This document shows positions 19,282-29,300 of a DNA stretch of 64,000 bases, one piece after another. Under the pieces are notes generated by a model that was not told the DNA's origin, did no database searches, and saw only the letters and a program-made list of their open reading frames with translations. Position 1 is the stretch's first letter. The number at the start of each line of letters is the position of its first letter. The DNA lies in contig CALKEP010000005.1 of assembly GCA_938084645.1 (NCBI GenBank), positions 16,771 through 80,770 on the forward strand, given 5' to 3'. The translations under genes and the position numbers were made by a program. Source of the DNA: an uncultured Phycisphaerales bacterium. GTDB taxonomy: Bacteria; Planctomycetota; Phycisphaerae; Phycisphaerales; SM1A02.

Positions 19282-20940
19282 ATGCCCTCGATCACCATCA
19301 ATGGCCAGGCTCACGACTTCGAGCCCGGTGAGACCATCCTGCAGATCGCCCTCCGCAACGAGGTCGAGATCCCGCACTACTGCTATCACCCCGGTCTCTC
19401 GATCGCCGCCAACTGCCGGATCTGCCTCGCCGAGGTCTGGGCCCCGAATCCCCGGAACGAGGGGAAGCTCGAGGCTTGGCCGAAACTCGTCCCGACCTGC
19501 CAGCAGACGGCATCCGACGGCATGGTGATCCACACCGACAGCCCCAAGTCGGTCGCGAACCAGAAGCAGGTCATGGAGCTGCTTCTGATCAATCATCCCG
19601 TCGACTGCCCGGTCTGCGATCAGGCGGGGGAGTGCCACCTTCAGGACTACTCCTATCAGTACGGCCGGGGTGAGAGTCGATTCCGCGAGGACAAGAACAA
19701 GCAGCCCAAGAAGAGCATCGGGCCGAACGTCCTCCTCTACAGCGACCGATGCATCATGTGCACCCGATGCGTCCGGTTCACCCGCGAGGTGACCGGCACC
19801 GGTGAGTTGATGGTCGACGGCCGCGGTTCCACCGGCCAGATCGACGTCTTCCCCGGGATGGCCCTCGACAACGAACTCGCCTCGAACGTGATCGACCTCT
19901 GCCCGGTCGGTGCGTTGCTCGACAAGGACTTCCTCTTCAAGCAGCGGGTCTGGTTCCTCACCAAGACCCCCTCGATCGACGGCATCACCTCGAGCGGCGA
20001 CAACATCTGGGTCGAGCACAACGAGGGCACCGTCCACCGCATCAAGCCGCGGGAGAACCCCGACCTCAACGACTGGTGGATCACCGACGAGGTCCGCTAC
20101 GGTTGGAAGTTCGTGCACGACGAGGGACGACTTCGTCTTCCGGCGGTCCGAGGTCGCGATCCCTTCGATCCGACCCGGGCGGGCGACGCCTGGCGCGAGT
20201 CGCTGGCGGCGGCCAACGACGTGATCGAGGCCGGCGCCCGTGACGGTCGGATCGGCCTTCTGGTCAGTCCGATGCTGTCCTGCGAGGACGCGTATCTCCT
20301 GGCCCAGTGGGTCCGGTCGATCGACGCGGACGTGGTCTTCGGCGTCGGACCGGTTCCGGTCGACGGGGAGGACCGTTCCTACGGCGACTACGTGGTGCGA
20401 GCCGAGAAGGCCCCGAACGCCCGAGGCGTTCGCCGGGTCCTCACCGGACTGCTCGGTGGCGAAGCCGGCGGCGTCCTCGAGGCAGACGCCTTCCTCGCCG
20501 AAGCGAAGGCGGGCCGGTTCTCGGCGACGGTGATCACCGGGAACTATGCGAGCGAATGGGTCACGCCCGAATGGGCCGAAGCCGTGGCGGCGAAGCCGTA
20601 CGTCCTGATCGACACGCTTCCCAGTCGCCTGGTCGACGCCGCATCGGTGCTCCTGCCGGGCGCCACCTGGATGGAGAAGGCCGGTTCCTTCCAGAACGCC
20701 GACGATCGACTGCAGGCGTTCGAGCGGGCGATCGCGACCATCGACTACTGCAAGGGCGAGGCTCAGATCGGCATCGATCTGCTCGCGTCGCATGAAGGCC
20801 TCGCTCCGGTGAAGTTCGATCCCGAACAGACCCGTGCCGAGATCTCGACCCTGCCCGGGCTTTCCGGTTTCCGAGGCGAGATCGTCCGGCCGGAGGCGAA
20901 GGTCTCGCTCGACAGCGACATGCTCACCGTGGATCTCTGA
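19282..20940 (+). CDS. nuoG: NADH-quinone oxidoreductase subunit G-like protein (short form)
   Basis: IPHYCYHP..ANCRIC (N1b), HPVDCPVCDQAGECHLQD (N5) and CIMCTRC..DLCPVGAL (N4). Confidence 0.9.
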   Translation: MPSITINGQAHDFEPGETILQIALRNEVEIPHYCYHPGLSIAANCRICLAEVWAPNPRNEGKLEAWPKLVPTCQQTASDGMVIHTDSPKSVANQKQVMELLLINHPVDCPVCDQAGECHLQDYSYQYGRGESRFREDKNKQPKKSIGPNVLLYSDRCIMCTRCVRFTREVTGTGELMVDGRGSTGQIDVFPGMALDNELASNVIDLCPVGALLDKDFLFKQRVWFLTKTPSIDGITSSGDNIWVEHNEGTVHRIKPRENPDLNDWWITDEVRYGWKFVHDEGRLRLPAVRGRDPFDPTRAGDAWRESLAAANDVIEAGARDGRIGLLVSPMLSCEDAYLLAQWVRSIDADVVFGVGPVPVDGEDRSYGDYVVRAEKAPNARGVRRVLTGLLGGEAGGVLEADAFLAEAKAGRFSATVITGNYASEWVTPEWAEAVAAKPYVLIDTLPSRLVDAASVLLPGATWMEKAGSFQNADDRLQAFERAIATIDYCKGEAQIGIDLLASHEGLAPVKFDPEQTRAEISTLPGLSGFRGEIVRPEAKVSLDSDMLTVDL

Positions 20941-20955
20941 TCGGGCCTGGATGCG

Positions 20956-23025
20956 ATGGGATCACCACCCAGGTCGGACGCTGGGAGCGAACGAGAGATG
21001 AGCTCGTCCCAACTGATGGAGAACGCCGATGCGGTCCGGGCCCTCGCGCCCGAGGCCGAGGTCGCGAGGTCGCGGGCCATCGACGGTCTCGCCGCACTTC
21101 AGCATGACGACGGTCACTGGTGCGGTGAACTCGAGGGCGACTCGATCCTGCAGAGCGAGTACGTCCTCATGAAGTGGATCCTCGAGCAGGAGGCCGCGCC
21201 GCTCGCCGACGGCCGCGGGCCGGAGGTCCTGGTGCGGATCGTCGAGACGCTGCGGACCCAGCAGCGTGCGGACGGTGGATGGGGACAGTTCCCGGGATCG
21301 GGGATCGATCTCAGTGCGACCGTCAAGGGTTACTTCGTTCTGAAGCTGTACGGCGACGATCCGGACGCGCCGCACATGCGGCGAGCCCGGGAGGCGGTGC
21401 TTGATCTCGGTGGCGCGGAGCGGGTCAACACCTGGACGAACTTCTTCCTCGCCTGCCTCGGCCAGGTCTCCTGGAACGCGGTCCCCGCGATCCCGCCTGA
21501 AGTCGTGATGCTGCCTCGGTGGTTCTACTTCCACCTCGACAAGGTGGCGGCGTGGACCCGGACCATGATCCTGCCGTTGTCGCTGGTGACGACGTTCCGG
21601 CCGGCGCGGCGACTGGACGCGGGTCAGGGCATCGATGAGCTGTTCCGCTCTTCGCGGGATCGACACCGACTCCTGATGCGGTCCGACGTTCCCGCGGGGT
21701 GGCGAACCTTCTTTGCGGGGGTGGATCGTGGGCTCAAGATGCTCCATCGACTCGGTGGTTCGCCGTGGCGTCGTCGAGCGATCGATCGTTCGTTCGAATG
21801 GATCCGGCGTCGGGCGGGACAGGACGGCGCCGCCGCGACCGACGGCGTCGGGGCGATCTTCCCGCCGATGGTCTACTGGCAGGTGGTGCTGAAGACCATG
21901 GGTTACGCCCGCGAGCATCCGCTCGTGTCCCGCGCCGAGTCCGAACTCGACGCGTTCATGCTCCAGGAGGAGAGGGAGGGCGGCGAGCCCGGGCCGATCC
22001 GATTGCAGCCGTGTTTCAGCCCGGTCTGGGACACCGGCATCGCGCTCTACGCGTTGACGGACTGCGGACTCGACCACGAGGATCCCCGCTGCGACCGTGC
22101 GGCCCGCTGGCTTCGGGAGAAGGAGTGTCGGTTCCAGGGCGACTGGGTCCGCAACCTCGACTCCGACGTGCCGTTCAGCGGTTGGTACTTCGAGTACCAC
22201 AACGCGTGGTACCCCGACGTCGACGACACCGCGATGGTCGCAATGGCCTTGTACCGGACCGGGGGGGACGCGAACGTCGCGGCCGCGAAGCGCGGGCTCG
22301 CGTGGATGCGGGCGATGCAGAACGAGGACGGCGGATGGGCGGCGTTCGATCGAACCGTCGATCGTCCGATCCTCGAATACATCCCGTTCGCCGACCACAA
22401 CGCGATGCAGGATCCGAGCTGTCCCGACATCACGGGTCGGGTGCTCGAATGCCTCTCGTGGATGGGACTCGACAACAGCGATCCGACGGTGCGAAAGGCG
22501 ATCGACTACGTCAAGCGACATCAGGAGCCGGAAGGCTGCTGGTTCGGTCGCTGGGGCGTGAACTACATCTACGGCACCTGGCAGAGCGTCATCGGCCCGA
22601 TCCGCTGCGGCGAGGACCCGCGGCAGCCGTGGATCCAGCGGGCGGCGACGTGGCTCGAGTCGGTGCAGAAGTCCGACGGCAGTTTCGGCGAGACGGCGAT
22701 GAGCTACGAGGATCGAAGCCTCATGGGCACCGGTCCGAGCACCGCGAGCCAGACCGCGTGGGCGGCGATGACCTTGCAGGAGATCCGCGGCGCCGATCAT
22801 CCGAGCGTCATCCGGGCGATCCGCTGGTTGTGCGACACGCAGCTCGATGCGGACGCCGCGGCGGATCCCGAACGCAATCCCGACGGCGATCCCGCGGGCG
22901 GGTGGTGCGAGACGGAGTTCACCGGCACCGGCTTTCCGAAGGTCTTCTACCTTCGATACCACCTGTATCGGCACTCGTTCCCGCTGATGGCGATCGGCCG
23001 TTGGCTCGAGGCGCGGCGCGGGTAG
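20956..23025 (+). CDS. shc: Squalene-hopene cyclase
   Basis: YPDVDDTA (DXDD), QW repeats (QNEDGGW, QEPEGCWFGRWGVNYIYGT), SPVWDT and TGTGFPKVFYLRYHLY. The start may instead be ATG 20998. Confidence 0.96.
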   Translation: MGSPPRSDAGSEREMSSSQLMENADAVRALAPEAEVARSRAIDGLAALQHDDGHWCGELEGDSILQSEYVLMKWILEQEAAPLADGRGPEVLVRIVETLRTQQRADGGWGQFPGSGIDLSATVKGYFVLKLYGDDPDAPHMRRAREAVLDLGGAERVNTWTNFFLACLGQVSWNAVPAIPPEVVMLPRWFYFHLDKVAAWTRTMILPLSLVTTFRPARRLDAGQGIDELFRSSRDRHRLLMRSDVPAGWRTFFAGVDRGLKMLHRLGGSPWRRRAIDRSFEWIRRRAGQDGAAATDGVGAIFPPMVYWQVVLKTMGYAREHPLVSRAESELDAFMLQEEREGGEPGPIRLQPCFSPVWDTGIALYALTDCGLDHEDPRCDRAARWLREKECRFQGDWVRNLDSDVPFSGWYFEYHNAWYPDVDDTAMVAMALYRTGGDANVAAAKRGLAWMRAMQNEDGGWAAFDRTVDRPILEYIPFADHNAMQDPSCPDITGRVLECLSWMGLDNSDPTVRKAIDYVKRHQEPEGCWFGRWGVNYIYGTWQSVIGPIRCGEDPRQPWIQRAATWLESVQKSDGSFGETAMSYEDRSLMGTGPSTASQTAWAAMTLQEIRGADHPSVIRAIRWLCDTQLDADAAADPERNPDGDPAGGWCETEFTGTGFPKVFYLRYHLYRHSFPLMAIGRWLEARRG

Positions 23026-23329
23026 GAGCGGATACCGTCGCTGGTGGCGGTATGACGGGGACCGTCAAGAGACATCAAGAATGGTCCGTGACTTCTGATG
23101 CCATTCGGGACGCGGTCGTATCGGTTTGCATCGATCCGGGGTGAGCCGCGGCGAATCAGGGCGGTTCCCGAGCATTCAACGAAGGGACAATCGCATGATG
23201 ATGACGATTCGACGGTCGCGTCCGGAATCCATTCGGCGATGGTTGCCGACATCCAGCCTTCATCGCGGAGCGCGTGTCCCCGATGCTCTGAGTCCCGCAA
23301 GGCGATCCCGGTTGAACCCGGGATGATCT

Positions 23330-24316
23330 TCAGTCCGTCTGGAACATCGCCCGCGCCGCGTCGACGCCGATCCGCGCGGTCCGGTCGTCGTCATCCGCGG
23401 TGGGATCGAGTTCCACGACGTCCATCGCGATGCAGCCGCCGTGTGCGGCGAGGCGTTCAAGGACCTGCATGACCTGTTCGACGTGGAGGCCGTCGGGGAC
23501 CGGCAGGTTGACCCCGGGCGCCTCCTTCGGATCGATCACGTCGAGATCGAAACTCAGGGCGAACGCGCCGCCGTCGGGGGCGATCCGTTCGAGCACGCGA
23601 TCCGCGATCGAGCCGGCGGCCTCGGACTTGAATGCATCTCCATCGATCAGCAGAGGAAGGGCCGAGGCGGGATCGGTCGAGACCCGGGCACGTTCGCCGG
23701 GGTCGAGATCGCGACCCCCGAGAAAGACGGCGCGACGTGGATCGAACGTGCCGCGCGGGCCGACGATGTCGACAAGCGGCGCGACGCGATGACCCAGCAG
23801 CGCCGCCGCGGGCATGCCGTGTGGATTTCCGCTGGGCGTCGTGTCGGGAGTGTTGAGGTCGGCGTGGGCGTCGAACCACAGGAGGCCGAGCGGGGGGGCG
23901 TCGGCGATGCCATCCGCCCGGTGACGATCACGCCAGCCGGTGGCCGCGCCGGACATCGAGCCGGCCGCGAGGGTGTGGTCGCCGCCGAGGACCAGGGGGA
24001 TGCCACCGTCGGCGACGATCCGGCGGGACCGATCATGAAGGTGGCGACACATCGTGCGCAGGGACGGCCACTCGGGTCGCCCGGCGTCGGGATCGGGGCC
24101 CCGGACGATGCGGACGCCGGTGGGCAGATCGGGCACCTCGACGTCGCCGTGATCATGCACGACTCGACCCTCGATCGACGCGACGCCCGCGCTTCGCAGT
24201 GTCTGCGGTCCGCCGGAGGCACCCGGCCCGGCGCCGCCGTGGTCGACGGGCGCACCCACGACCTCGATGGTCGCCCTCGGGGCGGTCGTGTCGGGGCTGG
24301 TGGAGGAAGCGGACAT
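23330..24316 (-). CDS. Arginase (ureohydrolase family)
   Basis: GGDH, WFDAHADLNTP, SGNPHGMP and SFDLDVIDP Mn-binding motifs. Confidence 0.9.
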   Translation of the reverse strand: MSASSTSPDTTAPRATIEVVGAPVDHGGAGPGASGGPQTLRSAGVASIEGRVVHDHGDVEVPDLPTGVRIVRGPDPDAGRPEWPSLRTMCRHLHDRSRRIVADGGIPLVLGGDHTLAAGSMSGAATGWRDRHRADGIADAPPLGLLWFDAHADLNTPDTTPSGNPHGMPAAALLGHRVAPLVDIVGPRGTFDPRRAVFLGGRDLDPGERARVSTDPASALPLLIDGDAFKSEAAGSIADRVLERIAPDGGAFALSFDLDVIDPKEAPGVNLPVPDGLHVEQVMQVLERLAAHGGCIAMDVVELDPTADDDDRTARIGVDAARAMFQTD

Positions 24317-24396
24317 CCGCGGTCATTGTCGTCGATCCCGGACTCGGAGGGCGGATCGGGGATCCGTCATGTTCGACTTCCCGGGAAAATCCCACC

Positions 24397-24402
24397 TACA
24401 CT
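24397..24402 (+). promoter_or_regulatory. Putative -10 box TACACT, 6 nt before the ATG (leaderless geometry)
   Basis: TACACT-cggtga-ATG with no SD sequence. Confidence 0.55.
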
Positions 24403-24408
24403 CGGTGA

Positions 24409-27222
24409 ATGGCAACTCTGAACCAAGATCAGCGTGGCGCAGGCTCCTTCCGGGGCGTTGCAGCCGTATCCACCCTCATGTTCGGCGTCCTGGTCACCGG
24501 GATCGCGGTCAACGGACACCCCCCGGATCTCTATCCCTCGCACTACGAGGATCGGGAACTGCACGAGGAGATGTGGCTCGACGTGCCGGACTGGGACCAG
24601 GAGGCGGATCCCTTCAAGCAGATCGACGACCTGCTTCCCACGCCGAACGAGGTCCGGTTGGCCTCTGGCGCACCGGGCCCCGACTACTGGCAGCAGCGGG
24701 CCGATCACGACATCCGGGTGCGGCTCGATCCGATCGCCCATCGACTCGAAGGTTCCGAGACGATCACCTACCACAACCAGAGCCCGCATCGACTGGACTA
24801 TCTCTGGGTGCAGATCGACCAGAACCGCTTCAAGCGGGACTCGCTCGGACGCCTCTCCACCACTGCGCCGAACCTCCGGCGCGACCAGTCCACTCGCTGG
24901 ATGCGTCAGCAACTCGAGCAGCTCGACTTCGACGGAGGCGCGGAGATCACGCGGGTTGAGGCCGCGGACGGCGTCGCCCTGCCGCACGTGATCAACGGCA
25001 CGATGATGCGAATCGACCTTCCCGAGCCGATGCAGTCGGGGGACACCATCGTCTTCGACATCGACTGGAACGCCGCGATCGTCCCCAGCACCACGATGCG
25101 GGCGCGATCGGGCTACGAGATCCTCGACGACGGAATGCCGATCTACGAGATCGCCCAGTGGTTCCCGCGGATGGCGCCGTACACCGACAACGACGGGTGG
25201 CAGAACAAGCAGTTCCAGGGGGAGAGCGAGTTCGCCCTCGAGTTCGGCGACTACGACCTTGCGATCACCGTGCCCGAGACCTACGTGGTCTCCGCGAGCG
25301 GTGACCTGGTCAACCAGGAAGAGGTGATGACCGAGACGCAGCGGGAGCGTTACGCGGCGGCTCGGACCGCGGATCGTCCGACCTTCGTGATCACCCCCGA
25401 GGAGGCGCTGGCGAACGAACTCCGCGATCAGGAACTCTCGGGCGTCTCCGCCGGCTCCGAGGACGGCGAGGATCGCAGGACGGAGCGGACCTGGCGATTC
25501 CGGGCGGAGAACGTCCGGGACGTCGCATGGGCCGCGAGTCCGACCTTCATCTGGGACGCCTGGGGCGTCGAGATCCCCCGCACCGACGGCGACGTGTCGA
25601 TGGCGATGAGCTTCTGGCCCAATGAGGGCGAGCCGCTCTGGAGCCTCTATTCGACCCAGTCGATCGCCCATACCCTCGAGGTCTATTCCGAGCACTGCAT
25701 CCCGTACCCGTATCCCGTCGCGATCAGCGTGAACGGCCCGGTCGGCGGGATGGAGTACCCGATGATCTGCTTCAACGGCCCGCGGCCGGAGGCGGACGGC
25801 ACCTACACCGAGCGGACCAAGTGGGGGCTGATCGGCGTGATCATCCACGAGGTCGGTCACTTCTGGTTCCCGATGATCATCAACTCCGACGAGCGTCAGT
25901 GGACCTGGATGGACGAGGGGCTGAACACGTTCGTGCAGTTCCTCGCGATGGAGACCTGGGAGGACGATCCGCGGACCAAGCGCGGCGAGGCCCACGACAT
26001 CGTGGACTACATGATCAGCGAGCGGCAGCGTCCGATCATGAGCCATGGCGAGTCGATCATCCAGAAGGGCAACAACGCCTATGCCAAGCCGTCCGTCGCG
26101 CTGAACGTGCTTCGAGAGACGGTCATGGGTCGTGAACTCTTCGACCATGCGTTCCGGACCTACTGCGAGCGCTGGGCGTTCCGGCGTCCGGAGCCGGGCG
26201 ACTTCTTCCGAACCATGGACGACGCGAGCGGGGTCGACCTCGACTGGTTCTGGCGCAACTGGTTCTACACCACCCGACACGTCGACATCGCGACCGAGCG
26301 GGTGATGGACTTCACCGTCGAGCCGCGCGATCCCGACGTGCTCAAGCCGATCCTGCAGGCCGAACGCGCGGCGGAGCGGCCGAGCCGGACCCGCCAGCGC
26401 AACGCCGACCTGCCGAGGCGGAGCGCCCGCTATCCCGAACTCCTGGACTTCTACAGTCGCTTCGACGAGCTCGAGGTGACCGACGACGATCGCCGCCGGT
26501 TCGAGCGGTTCATGACGCGGCTGGAGGAGGACGATCGAGCGGTGTTCGAGGCGATCGAGGATCGTCCGCTCCACTTCTCGATCGTTCGGTTCCGGAACCA
26601 CGGTGGCATCCCGATGCCGCTGCCCCTCGAGATCCGGTACACCGACGGCACCGTCGAGGAGACCATGCTTCCGGTCGAGATCTGGAAGGAGAACCCCGAG
26701 GTCGCGACCCGCATGTTCGTGGGTCCGGTGCCGATCGCCCGGGTGCTCCTCGATCCGTACCGGGAACTCGCGGATGCGGATCGCACCAACAACGCCTATC
26801 CGCCGGAGGTCATCGCGGGTCGCTTCGCGGTGCAGCCCGGGTCGGATCGATCGAACCCGATGCAGGCGGCGCGGGCCCGGGACGGCCGGCCGGCGATCGA
26901 ACGGATCGCGCGAGAGATCGCAGCGATCCTCGCCGTCGAATGGGGCGAGGTCGCCGACGAGACGGCCACGCCGCTCGCCGAATCGGGCGTGCTGCTGGAA
27001 AAGGTCGACCCGAAGCTGCTGGTGGATCCCTGGGGCCGTCCCATGCGGCTCGAGTTCTCCTCCTCGCCGGTGGTGTCCGGTGACGGAGACGCGGTGGCGA
27101 CCCTTCGAAGCGACGGGTCGGATCGTCGACGCGGCACGGATGATGACGTGGCCCTCGTGTTGTTCGCCGATGGAAGCGTGCTCGACGAGGAGATCGCGAT
27201 GGCCGAGGAGGAAGATCGATGA
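24409..27222 (+). CDS. M1 family zinc aminopeptidase, exported, with a C-terminal extension
   Basis: GGMEYP, HEVGH and WMDEGLN (HEXXH-X18-E); AYAKP catalytic Tyr; N-terminal hydrophobic signal. Confidence 0.93.
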   Translation: MATLNQDQRGAGSFRGVAAVSTLMFGVLVTGIAVNGHPPDLYPSHYEDRELHEEMWLDVPDWDQEADPFKQIDDLLPTPNEVRLASGAPGPDYWQQRADHDIRVRLDPIAHRLEGSETITYHNQSPHRLDYLWVQIDQNRFKRDSLGRLSTTAPNLRRDQSTRWMRQQLEQLDFDGGAEITRVEAADGVALPHVINGTMMRIDLPEPMQSGDTIVFDIDWNAAIVPSTTMRARSGYEILDDGMPIYEIAQWFPRMAPYTDNDGWQNKQFQGESEFALEFGDYDLAITVPETYVVSASGDLVNQEEVMTETQRERYAAARTADRPTFVITPEEALANELRDQELSGVSAGSEDGEDRRTERTWRFRAENVRDVAWAASPTFIWDAWGVEIPRTDGDVSMAMSFWPNEGEPLWSLYSTQSIAHTLEVYSEHCIPYPYPVAISVNGPVGGMEYPMICFNGPRPEADGTYTERTKWGLIGVIIHEVGHFWFPMIINSDERQWTWMDEGLNTFVQFLAMETWEDDPRTKRGEAHDIVDYMISERQRPIMSHGESIIQKGNNAYAKPSVALNVLRETVMGRELFDHAFRTYCERWAFRRPEPGDFFRTMDDASGVDLDWFWRNWFYTTRHVDIATERVMDFTVEPRDPDVLKPILQAERAAERPSRTRQRNADLPRRSARYPELLDFYSRFDELEVTDDDRRRFERFMTRLEEDDRAVFEAIEDRPLHFSIVRFRNHGGIPMPLPLEIRYTDGTVEETMLPVEIWKENPEVATRMFVGPVPIARVLLDPYRELADADRTNNAYPPEVIAGRFAVQPGSDRSNPMQAARARDGRPAIERIAREIAAILAVEWGEVADETATPLAESGVLLEKVDPKLLVDPWGRPMRLEFSSSPVVSGDGDAVATLRSDGSDRRRGTDDDVALVLFADGSVLDEEIAMAEEEDR

Positions 27223-28178
27223 TCCGGACGTTCTCACATGCCGTGCTCGCCGCCGCGTTCGCATTCCTTCCGGCGACGGGGATCGTCGTCGCGGGGGAGG
27301 GGCGCGGAGCCGCGCCCACGATCGCGGCGGACGGCCCGATCGCGACCATCGAACCAGACGTGATCTACGGACGGGCCGATGCCCTCGCCATGACCTACGA
27401 CCTCCTCAAGCCGACCGTCAAGCCCAACGGCGCGACCGTGATCTTCGTGGTGAGCGGGGGCTGGCGGTCCCGGTGGTTCGATCCCAGGATGGCGATGCTG
27501 CCGAAGATCCGCGGCATCTCGCTGGTCCACGATCTTCTGGTCGACGGGTACCACATCGTGCTCCTTCGGCACGGAAGTTCACCGCGGTACAAGGTGCCCG
27601 ACGCCGCGGACCACGTCGAGGAGGCGATCCGGCACCTTCGATCGACCGCACCGGACCGTGGACTCGATCCCGAGCGGATCGGTTCCTTCGGGCTGAGCGC
27701 CGGCGGTCATCTCTCGCTGCATCTCGCGACGCTTGGTGGCGAGGACGCGCCCCGCGACCTGCGTCGTTCGCGGGCGGGCGGGGATGCCGCCGTCCCCGAA
27801 GATGCGGCACCGATCGCGGCCGCGGTCGCATGGTTCCCGCCGGTCGAACTGGTCGGCTTCGTCGGTCCGAACGAGCGGTACCCCGCGATGGATTTCGATC
27901 CGGAGGAGGCGGCGCGGGTCTCGCCGATCCGGCATGTCGATCGGAACGACGCGCCGGTGCTCCTGATGCACGGTACGGAAGACTCCGTGGTCAGGATCCG
28001 GGCGAGTGAAGCGATGCACGAGACCTACGTCGAGGCGGGACTCGAGTCCGAGTATCACCGGTTCGAAGGCGCGGGTCACGGATTCGAAGGCGAGGACGCC
28101 GCGCGTTCCTCGGCGCTCGCAAAGGCCTGGTTCGACCGCTGGCTGCTTCCCCCGGCCGCTCCGGCGTCGACCGACTGA
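27219..28178 (+). CDS. Exported alpha/beta hydrolase (esterase-like)
   Basis: SGGW oxyanion loop, GLSAGG nucleophile, HGTED and GAGHGF; signal peptide; ATGA overlap with the peptidase. Confidence 0.9.
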   Translation: MIRTFSHAVLAAAFAFLPATGIVVAGEGRGAAPTIAADGPIATIEPDVIYGRADALAMTYDLLKPTVKPNGATVIFVVSGGWRSRWFDPRMAMLPKIRGISLVHDLLVDGYHIVLLRHGSSPRYKVPDAADHVEEAIRHLRSTAPDRGLDPERIGSFGLSAGGHLSLHLATLGGEDAPRDLRRSRAGGDAAVPEDAAPIAAAVAWFPPVELVGFVGPNERYPAMDFDPEEAARVSPIRHVDRNDAPVLLMHGTEDSVVRIRASEAMHETYVEAGLESEYHRFEGAGHGFEGEDAARSSALAKAWFDRWLLPPAAPASTD

Positions 28179-28405
28179 CGGCCGGCGAGCCTCCTCATCG
28201 AAAGCCTGACCGGCCTCGTGGCGAACGTGGTCATCGGCCAGTCGCCGGGTGATCCCGTCGCCAGCGTGATCGACCTCGCACTCATCGGGACCCTCGCGAA
28301 CGTCGCGCCGCGTGGCGGCGGTTGTTCTCGCGGGGATCAGCGCGAGGTCATCGGACGTCGATACCATGAGCCCGGCGGTCGGACGTCCATCGAGGAGGTA
28401 CAGAC

Positions 28406-28762
28406 ATGAGCCAGCCTTCCGTTCCATCGCCGTCGTCGGGCCGTGGTCCGGTGCCGGAGGTTCCTCCGACGTCGCGGGGCGAGATTCGAACGCCCCCAGT
28501 CCCGATCCCGACGGCGATGGACCATGTCATTCCGACGAGGAACATGCCGGCGCTGCTCGGCTACTACTTCGGCGTGTTCAGCATCATCCCGGGTTTGGGA
28601 ATTCCCCTCGGGATCGCGGCCTTCGTCTGCGGGGTGTTGGGTCTGCGGGCGGCTGGGAAGGCCCGTGTCGGTGGTGGGCATGCGATCACGGCACTGGTGC
28701 TCGGCACGGTCTTCGGTGGCGGGCAGTGCCTTCTTCTCGTCGCTTTGCTGATCTACCGGTGA
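28406..28762 (+). CDS. Small two-TM membrane protein (DUF4190-like)
   Basis: GAGGAGG RBS; ALLGYYFGVFSIIP..GIAAFVCGVLGLR..GGGHAITALVLG pattern. Confidence 0.75.
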   Translation: MSQPSVPSPSSGRGPVPEVPPTSRGEIRTPPVPIPTAMDHVIPTRNMPALLGYYFGVFSIIPGLGIPLGIAAFVCGVLGLRAAGKARVGGGHAITALVLGTVFGGGQCLLLVALLIYR

Positions 28763-29300
28763 TGAGCGACGCCGAAGCGAAGGCGATGACGTCGCCTGAT
28801 TTTCGAGGCTTCGACCTGAGGTCTCTGCCGCGGCGGCGATCTTGAATGGTTCCACCGGTCCATGTCGAGAGGCGGGCGTGGCATCCACTTCGGATTTTCT
28901 GTTCGAATTTCGGGAACTCCCTCTCGACGTGGTCCGTATCGCAGACCGATCCGCGCGATGCCATCGACGATTCGATCGTCTGGCGTGATCCGCGGTTCGG
29001 TCGGCGTCGGTCCAGGGGCACGGAGACGCGAGCCGGGTTTTCCTGATTTGAATATCCGAGATCGAGATCGGCCCGCGAACAGGCGGGTGGAGCGTGTCTC
29101 CCTACGCACGGCTTCCACCGTCGCGGCACGCACCACGTTTGTTCGAAAGAGAAATCTCTCTCTCCGATCAGGGATCGAGGGCGACTCCCTCCACGGATCG
29201 TCCGAGCGTGACCGGTTGCCAGGAGTTCCGGCCATCCGCTCGCTTCTCATCCCTGATCCAAGGTGACGTCCGGCCATTCGTGGTCGGGCGTCGCCCCTTT

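Noticed and set aside
28218..28409. 63-aa ORF before the DUF4190-like gene
   Set aside because: No recognisable features, and it contains the likely promoter (TACCAT) and RBS of the next gene.
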